This document shows, piece by piece, positions 58,267-64,000 of a stretch of 64,000 nt of DNA. The DNA comes from TPA_inf: Saccharomyces (Eukaryota). Made by a program: the position numbers and the translations under genes. The stretch is from NCBI GenBank assembly GCA_000146045.2, contig BK006938.2, positions 1,248,001-1,312,000 on the forward strand. The letters run 5' to 3'. The stretch's first letter is position 1. Every line of letters begins with the position of its first letter. The notes beneath the pieces are model-generated. The model was given only the letters and a program-made list of their open reading frames with translations, was not told where the DNA came from and did not search any database.

Positions 58267-61200
58267 ATGGTCTCATTGAAAATAAAAAAAATTTTACTCC
58301 TGGTGTCATTGTTAAATGCAATCGAGGCCTATAGTAACGATACAATATATTCAACTTCATACAATAATGGAATAGAAAGCACACCCTCATATTCAACATC
58401 CGCGATATCCAGTACCGGATCTAGCAACAAAGAGAATGCAATAACATCAAGCTCTGAAACCACCACAATGGCTGGCCAATATGGTGAAAGTGGAAGCACA
58501 ACAATAATGGATGAACAAGAAACTGGTACGTCCAGCCAGTATATTAGTGTGACGACGACAACGCAAACTTCTGACACGATGTCATCAGTAAAAAAGTCTA
58601 CGGAAATAGCGACACCAAGTAGTAGCATTGTACCCACCCCTTTGCAGTCCTATAGCGATGAATCACAAATATCACAAACGCTTAGTCACAATCCGAAGTC
58701 CGTGGCGGAGTCAGATAGCGATACAACCTCCTCGGAATCCTCAAGTAGCGTAATAATATCCACATCCGATAGTTCAGCGGTACCGAGGGAAATAAGTCCA
58801 ATAATAACCACAGATTCTCAAATTTCCAAAGAAGAAGGCACATTGGCTCAAACTTCCAGTATCAGTGAAACAACGAGAATTGCACAAATGGTAACCAGAG
58901 TTTCACAAATCTCCAGCATAACGGCAGCTTCAACAATAGATGGCTTTAGTAGTGAATCAACACAAACAGATTTTTCCAACACTGTATCGTTTGAAAATTC
59001 AGTCGAAGAAGAATATGCCATGAGCAAATCCCAGCTCTCTGAAAGTTACAGTTCAAGTTCAACCGTCTATTCTGGAGGGGAGTCGACTGCAGACAAGACA
59101 TCTAGCTCCCCCATTACCAGCTTTTCATCTTCTTATAGCCAAACAACGTCAACTGAAACCTCTGAGAGCAGCCGAGTGGCTGTTGGAGTATCCCGGCCCT
59201 CTAGCATAACGCAAACTACATCAATTGATAGTTTTAGTATGAGTGAAGTAGAGCTTTCCACATATTATGACTTAAGTGCTGGCAACTATCCTGACCAAGA
59301 ACTGATTGTCGATCGCCCGGCCACTTCTTCCACTGCCGAAACATCTTCAGAGGCAAGTCAAGGTGTAAGCCGTGAATCTAACACTTTCGCAGTATCTTCG
59401 ATTTCCACGACAAACTTTATAGTTAGCAGTGCTTCGGATACTGTTGTTTCAACTTCAAGCACCAATACAGTGCCATACAGCTCTGTCCATTCAACCTTTG
59501 TTCATGCGACTTCCTCGTCGACTTATATTTCTTCTTCCCTTTATTCTTCCCCATCCTTATCTGCATCCGTTTCCTCTCACTTTGGCGTTGCTCCTTTTCC
59601 ATCTGCTTACATATCTTTCTCATCAGTACCCGTTGCAGTATCCTCGACGTACACGTCTTCACCATCGGCTTCTGTTGTAGTACCTTCTGCCTATGCGTCT
59701 TCACCATCAGTACCCGTTGCAGTATCCTCGACGTACACGTCTTCACCATCAGCACCTGCTGCAATATCCTCAACGTACACGTCTTCACCATCGGCACCTG
59801 TTGCAGTATCCTCGACGTACACGTCTTCACCATCGGCACCTGCTGCAATATCCTCAACGTACACGTCTTCACCATCGGCACCTGTTGCAGTATCCTCGAC
59901 GTACACGTCTTCACCATCAGCACCTGCTGCAATATCCTCAACGTACACGTCTTCACCATCGGCACCTGTTGCAGTATCCTCGACGTACACGTCTTCACCA
60001 TCAGCACCTGTTGCAATATCCTCAACGTACACGTCTTCACCATCGGTACCTGTTGCAGTATCCTCGACGTACACGTCTTCACCATCAGCACCTGCTGCAA
60101 TATCCTCAACGTACACGTCTTCACCATCGGCACCCGTTGCAGTATCCTCGACGTACACGTCTTCACCATCAGCACCTGCTGCAATATCCTCAACGTACAC
60201 GTCTTCACCATCAGTACCCGTTGCAGTATCCTCGACGTACACGTCTTCACCATCAGCACCTGCTGCAATATCCTCAACGTACACGTCTTCACCATCAGTA
60301 CCCGTTGCAGTATCCTCGACGTACACGTCTTCACCATCAGCACCTGCTGCAATATCCTCAACGTACACGTCTTCACCATCGGCACCCGTTGCAGTATCCT
60401 CGACGTACACGTCTTCACCATCAGCACCTGCTGCAATATCCTCAACGTACACGTCTTCACCATCGGCACCCGTTGCAGTATCCTCGACGTACACGTCTTC
60501 ACCATCAGCACCTGCTGCAATATCCTCAACGTACACGTCTTCACCATCGGCACCTGTTGCAGTATCCTCGACGTACACGTCTTCACCATCGGCTCTTGTT
60601 GTCCTGTCATCTACTTCCACATCCTCTCCATATGATATTGTTTACTCTCCATCAACTTTTGCTGCCATATCATCCGGTTACACGCCTTCACCTTCTGCTT
60701 CTGTCGCCATGTCATCTACTTCCTCATCCTCTCCATATGATATTGTTTACTCTCTATCATCTTCTGCTTCCAGATCGTCCATTGCTACATATGAATTTTC
60801 ACCTTCCCCATCTACTTCTTTACCCACCTCTTCTACTTACACATACTTTTCATCTGCTTATGCGTTTGAATTTTCTTCTGAGCGGTACTCAACAACATCC
60901 ACAATAGCACCAACTCAAATACATAGCACATTGTCCAGGATTACGGATTTCTTACTGCAGACTTCGATGGCAATCCAAAGTATAGTCTCTCAGCAAATTT
61001 CTACAAGCTCAACTTTAAATGACGAAATACATTCAAGCGCGCTTTCCGTTTTCAACCCTTCAGCTTCGAATTTGGTTGAAACTTCTCTGATAATTTCATC
61101 GACCCAAGCAAGCATAACAAGCCCCAAAAACTCAGCTAAAATTAGTTCACTACAGAGCCAGCTGTCTAGCAGTACAAAAAATCCATACGATACGGCGAAC

Positions 61201-63675
61201 AAGAATACTGAGACCAGTGGCAGATCCACAGTTGTTTCGAATTTCCTATACACATCTTCCGCGGCGAAACCAGACAATGAAAAGTTTTCCGCTACTCCTA
61301 CAGAGATAACTACAATTTCAAGTAGCTCGCACGCATATTCTTTATCTATTCCAAGTTCTCATAATTCTGTGACTGGACTATCACATAACTTTGTCGATTC
61401 GTCAAAAAGTGCAACCTCATTTGGCTACTCATCCTCATCAATATCTTCAATAAAACTTTCAAAAGAAACAATACCTGCAAGTAAATCTGTTTCAAACACA
61501 CAAGAAAGAATCACAAGCTTTACATCAACATTACGAGCAAATAGTCAGTCTGAAAAATCCGAAGGGAGGAATTCTGTAGGTTCTTTACAAAGTTCACATA
61601 TTTCATCTAACCCATCGCTCTCCACAAATACAAAGGTTGATTCGAAAAGTTTATCCAGGAAAGTATCGAAAACCATGGGCGAAAATGGCGAGGAAACCGG
61701 CTTAACCACAACAAAGACGCAATACAAAAGTTCTTCTGAAACCAGTGGGTCATATTCTCGGTCTTTTACAAAAATCTCAATTGGACCTGCTACGACTGCA
61801 GTTCAAACTCAGGCAAGCACTAATTCAGTATTCACAGCCCCTGCCTTGTCTACCTATCCTACTACTCCGTACCCCTCTCCAAATAGTTACGCATGGTTAC
61901 CTACCGCTATTATAGTGGAATCATCCGAAACGGGCCCCACTACCGCATCATTCAATCCGTCAATCACTGGTTCACTTCCCAATGCAATTGAACCGGCCGT
62001 CGCTGTATCGGAACCCATTAACCACACTTTAATTACCATCGGATTCACGGCCGCTTTGAATTATGTATTTTTGGTTCAAAATCCATTATCTTCGGCTCAA
62101 ATCTTCAACTTTTTACCTCTCGTTTTGAAGTATCCCTTTTCAAACACCTCATCAGAACTGGACAATAGTATTGGGGAATTATCCACTTTTATTCTTTCAT
62201 ACCGGTCTGGGAGCAGCACAACTACCCTTTCCCCAAAATCCATATCATCATTATCAGTTGTCAAGAAAAAAAAAAACCAGCAGAAAAAAAATGCCACGAA
62301 GTCAACCGAGGACTTACATCCTCCACAAGTCGACACATCCTCAATAGCGGTGAAAAAGATTGTTCCCATGGTAGACTCTTCTAAGGCATACATTGTATCA
62401 GTTGCAGAGGTATATTTTCCAACAGAAGCCGTAACATATCTTCAGCAATTAATCCTTGATGAAAATTCGACTCTTTATAGCAATCCTCAAACCCCACTGC
62501 GAAGTTTAGCTGGTCTAATAGATAGTGGGATCCCATTAGGGGGATTGACGTTATATGGCTCTGGAGATGGTGGTTATGTCCCTAGTTTAACCTCATCAAG
62601 CGTCTTGGATTCTTCAAAAGGAAATTCCCAAAACATAGATGGAACTTACAAGTATGGAGCTTTGGATGACTTTATCAATTCATTCACAGATTCTGCATCT
62701 GCAGGAAAGTATGCTGTAAAAATAATCATCTTTTTGATTGTTTTAACTATTGGCGTACTCTTGTGGTTATTCGTTGCATTTTTTGCTTTCCGTCATAGAA
62801 ATATATTATTGAAAAGACACCCAAGGAACTGCATAGGGAAAAGCCTCAATAATGAGAGGGAACTTGAAAGTACCGAGCTTTCCCGCTCTTCTTCTGGAAA
62901 CCAAGTTTATAATGAAAAGCCGCCAGAATCTGAAAATGAAAGTGTTTACTCTGCGGTAGATGATCATTATATTGTGACTGGCGAAAACACAGTCTATAAT
63001 ACTATTCACAGATTACATTATACCATTAATGATGACGGTGATCTATTGTACAGGGACGCAATCCCCCTCGATTTTGATCAAACCAATGGGGATGATGGTT
63101 CGGGAATAGACAGTATAGTAAGAGACTGCGTGTATGACAAAAACCAAGATGCTACGGAAGCCTTCTTGAATGATGAGGAGTCCATATCAGGCATTCTAGA
63201 TGTTGATGAAAATGGTGATATTCGATTATACGACAGTTATTCTGACAATGAAGAGTCAAACAGTTTTCACTTGCCAGACGAAGTTATTGAAAACTATAAC
63301 AAGAACCATTTGTGCGAAACTAAACTTCATGGACTAGGCACTGAATCATGTACTACAGATGATCCCGATACTGGAAATCAAATTACGAATGAGTTTTCTA
63401 CAGGGAGTCAGACATGTTTGCCAAGTACCGCTTATACCACACCCCTTCATACAAATTCGATTAAACTTCACACATTACGCTACACAGAATCTTCACTACC
63501 AAAGCCAAATCAGACTCTTTTCTCTAATCTTGAAGATTTAGAAATAGAGGATATTGACGACAATGGTAGTGTTTCAGATGTACATATCGAGGAGCTGGAT
63601 GCTTTAGACGAAGAACTTTATAAGAGAATGTCGAAAGTTATAAAACAACAGAACCATCAAACGACAAAAATATAG
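58267..63675 (+). CDS. HKR1: HKR1 mucin-like transmembrane osmosensor of the HOG Sho1 branch
   Basis: ORF 58198..63675 (1825 aa). Start at codon 24, giving 1802 aa. The first 23 residues are a signal peptide (MVSLKIKKILLLVSLLNAIEAYS). Very long Ser/Thr-rich extracellular region including a tandem-repeat array. Single TM segment (AVKIIIFLIVLTIGVLLWLFVAFFAF) and an acidic cytoplasmic tail. Confidence 0.9.
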   Translation: MVSLKIKKILLLVSLLNAIEAYSNDTIYSTSYNNGIESTPSYSTSAISSTGSSNKENAITSSSETTTMAGQYGESGSTTIMDEQETGTSSQYISVTTTTQTSDTMSSVKKSTEIATPSSSIVPTPLQSYSDESQISQTLSHNPKSVAESDSDTTSSESSSSVIISTSDSSAVPREISPIITTDSQISKEEGTLAQTSSISETTRIAQMVTRVSQISSITAASTIDGFSSESTQTDFSNTVSFENSVEEEYAMSKSQLSESYSSSSTVYSGGESTADKTSSSPITSFSSSYSQTTSTETSESSRVAVGVSRPSSITQTTSIDSFSMSEVELSTYYDLSAGNYPDQELIVDRPATSSTAETSSEASQGVSRESNTFAVSSISTTNFIVSSASDTVVSTSSTNTVPYSSVHSTFVHATSSSTYISSSLYSSPSLSASVSSHFGVAPFPSAYISFSSVPVAVSSTYTSSPSASVVVPSAYASSPSVPVAVSSTYTSSPSAPAAISSTYTSSPSAPVAVSSTYTSSPSAPAAISSTYTSSPSAPVAVSSTYTSSPSAPAAISSTYTSSPSAPVAVSSTYTSSPSAPVAISSTYTSSPSVPVAVSSTYTSSPSAPAAISSTYTSSPSAPVAVSSTYTSSPSAPAAISSTYTSSPSVPVAVSSTYTSSPSAPAAISSTYTSSPSVPVAVSSTYTSSPSAPAAISSTYTSSPSAPVAVSSTYTSSPSAPAAISSTYTSSPSAPVAVSSTYTSSPSAPAAISSTYTSSPSAPVAVSSTYTSSPSALVVLSSTSTSSPYDIVYSPSTFAAISSGYTPSPSASVAMSSTSSSSPYDIVYSLSSSASRSSIATYEFSPSPSTSLPTSSTYTYFSSAYAFEFSSERYSTTSTIAPTQIHSTLSRITDFLLQTSMAIQSIVSQQISTSSTLNDEIHSSALSVFNPSASNLVETSLIISSTQASITSPKNSAKISSLQSQLSSSTKNPYDTANKNTETSGRSTVVSNFLYTSSAAKPDNEKFSATPTEITTISSSSHAYSLSIPSSHNSVTGLSHNFVDSSKSATSFGYSSSSISSIKLSKETIPASKSVSNTQERITSFTSTLRANSQSEKSEGRNSVGSLQSSHISSNPSLSTNTKVDSKSLSRKVSKTMGENGEETGLTTTKTQYKSSSETSGSYSRSFTKISIGPATTAVQTQASTNSVFTAPALSTYPTTPYPSPNSYAWLPTAIIVESSETGPTTASFNPSITGSLPNAIEPAVAVSEPINHTLITIGFTAALNYVFLVQNPLSSAQIFNFLPLVLKYPFSNTSSELDNSIGELSTFILSYRSGSSTTTLSPKSISSLSVVKKKKNQQKKNATKSTEDLHPPQVDTSSIAVKKIVPMVDSSKAYIVSVAEVYFPTEAVTYLQQLILDENSTLYSNPQTPLRSLAGLIDSGIPLGGLTLYGSGDGGYVPSLTSSSVLDSSKGNSQNIDGTYKYGALDDFINSFTDSASAGKYAVKIIIFLIVLTIGVLLWLFVAFFAFRHRNILLKRHPRNCIGKSLNNERELESTELSRSSSGNQVYNEKPPESENESVYSAVDDHYIVTGENTVYNTIHRLHYTINDDGDLLYRDAIPLDFDQTNGDDGSGIDSIVRDCVYDKNQDATEAFLNDEESISGILDVDENGDIRLYDSYSDNEESNSFHLPDEVIENYNKNHLCETKLHGLGTESCTTDDPDTGNQITNEFSTGSQTCLPSTAYTTPLHTNSIKLHTLRYTESSLPKPNQTLFSNLEDLEIEDIDDNGSVSDVHIEELDALDEELYKRMSKVIKQQNHQTTKI
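59624..60600 (+). repeat. HKR1: Tandem array of about 22 near-identical 42-bp units inside HKR1
   Basis: Read directly. Unit is acgtacacgtcttcaccatc[a/g]gcacc[t/c]g[c/t]tgca[a/g]tatcctc[a/g]. Two alternating unit types (SSTYTSSPSAPVAV and SSTYTSSPSAPAAI) give an 84-bp higher-order period. Confidence 0.95.
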
Positions 63676-64000
63676 CGAAAAATGATTATTGACTGTGCAA
63701 TAAACGCTGCTGGAAGGGGCGCTTGCAACAAAAGATGATCACAAAAATTGATACCCATTAATACACATAGGCTCACGCCATTACTATTATTATATATATC
63801 ATCAAGTATTGCATTTGTAATTTTATGAGTCCTTCTTAGTAATACATGAAGGCTTTTTTTTAATATTTTCGGAATCAACGAGAGTACACTATTCTATCCG
63901 ATGATAACCGAGATAAATGAAGATAGTAACTAACCAATGAAAAAAGAGCGAGAATAAATTAAAGCAATAATATCAAGTTAGTCGTGGGAATATATGATCC

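Noticed and set aside
59423-60907. Three long ORFs overlapping the HKR1 repeat array: 395 aa and 309 aa on the minus strand, 404 aa in an alternative plus-strand frame.
   Set aside because: They lie entirely within the 42-bp tandem array, where any frame free of stops stays open for the whole array. They are repetitive translations (LQQVLMVKTCTSRI..., GADGEDVYVEDTAT..., HHQHLLQYPQRTRL...) with no independent support. HKR1 is the real gene.

Overview
This window is a well-annotated stretch of Saccharomyces cerevisiae nuclear DNA. By gene content, order and orientation it matches the right arm of chromosome IV from YDR387C through YDR420W, shown in reference (Watson) orientation. I see no sign of a novel or undescribed system here.

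I worked from the ORF translations, my memory of yeast protein N-termini and domain motifs, and a direct read of the intergenic DNA. Every protein-coding call gives the SGD protein length exactly once the correct start methionine is chosen, which strongly supports the assignment.

Gene content, left to right:
- YDR387C (MFS sugar-porter-like), RVS167, SAC7, UBA2 (-), tRNA-Gly(CCC) (-), YDR391C (-), SPT3, SHE9, RPT3, SXM1.
- NCB2 (-), spliced, with a 37-nt first exon that the ORF track does not show.
- UTP5, HPT1, URH1.
- The divergent sporulation pair DIT2 (-) and DIT1 (+).
- RPB7 (-), MRP20, PDR15 (full-size ABC transporter), TRS120 (-), ADE8 (-), SIZ1, STE14 (-), DFM1 (-), RRP17, ERD1 (-), YDR415C (-), SYF1, RPL12B, RAD30, tRNA-Ser(AGA), HKR1.

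I found no Ty elements or solo LTRs, no CRISPR arrays, and nothing of prokaryotic type.

Things worth a second look:
- The perfectly homogenised 42/84-bp tandem-repeat array inside HKR1, and the spurious long ORFs it creates on the other strand and frames.
- The GC-rich PDR15 promoter island, which carries PDRE and STRE motifs.
- An Rpn4 PACE site upstream of RPT3.
- PAC/RRPE ribosome-biogenesis motifs upstream of UTP5 and RRP17.
- Paired TGACTC (Bas1/Gcn4) sites at ADE8.
- An MSE-like element in the DIT1-DIT2 intergenic region.
- An AAT trinucleotide tract (poly-Asn) in SIZ1.
- Eleven genes whose in-frame upstream ATGs make the naive longest ORF longer than the accepted protein.

I present all of these as sequence-level observations plus recalled biology, not as new discoveries. 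I could not run searches or alignments.
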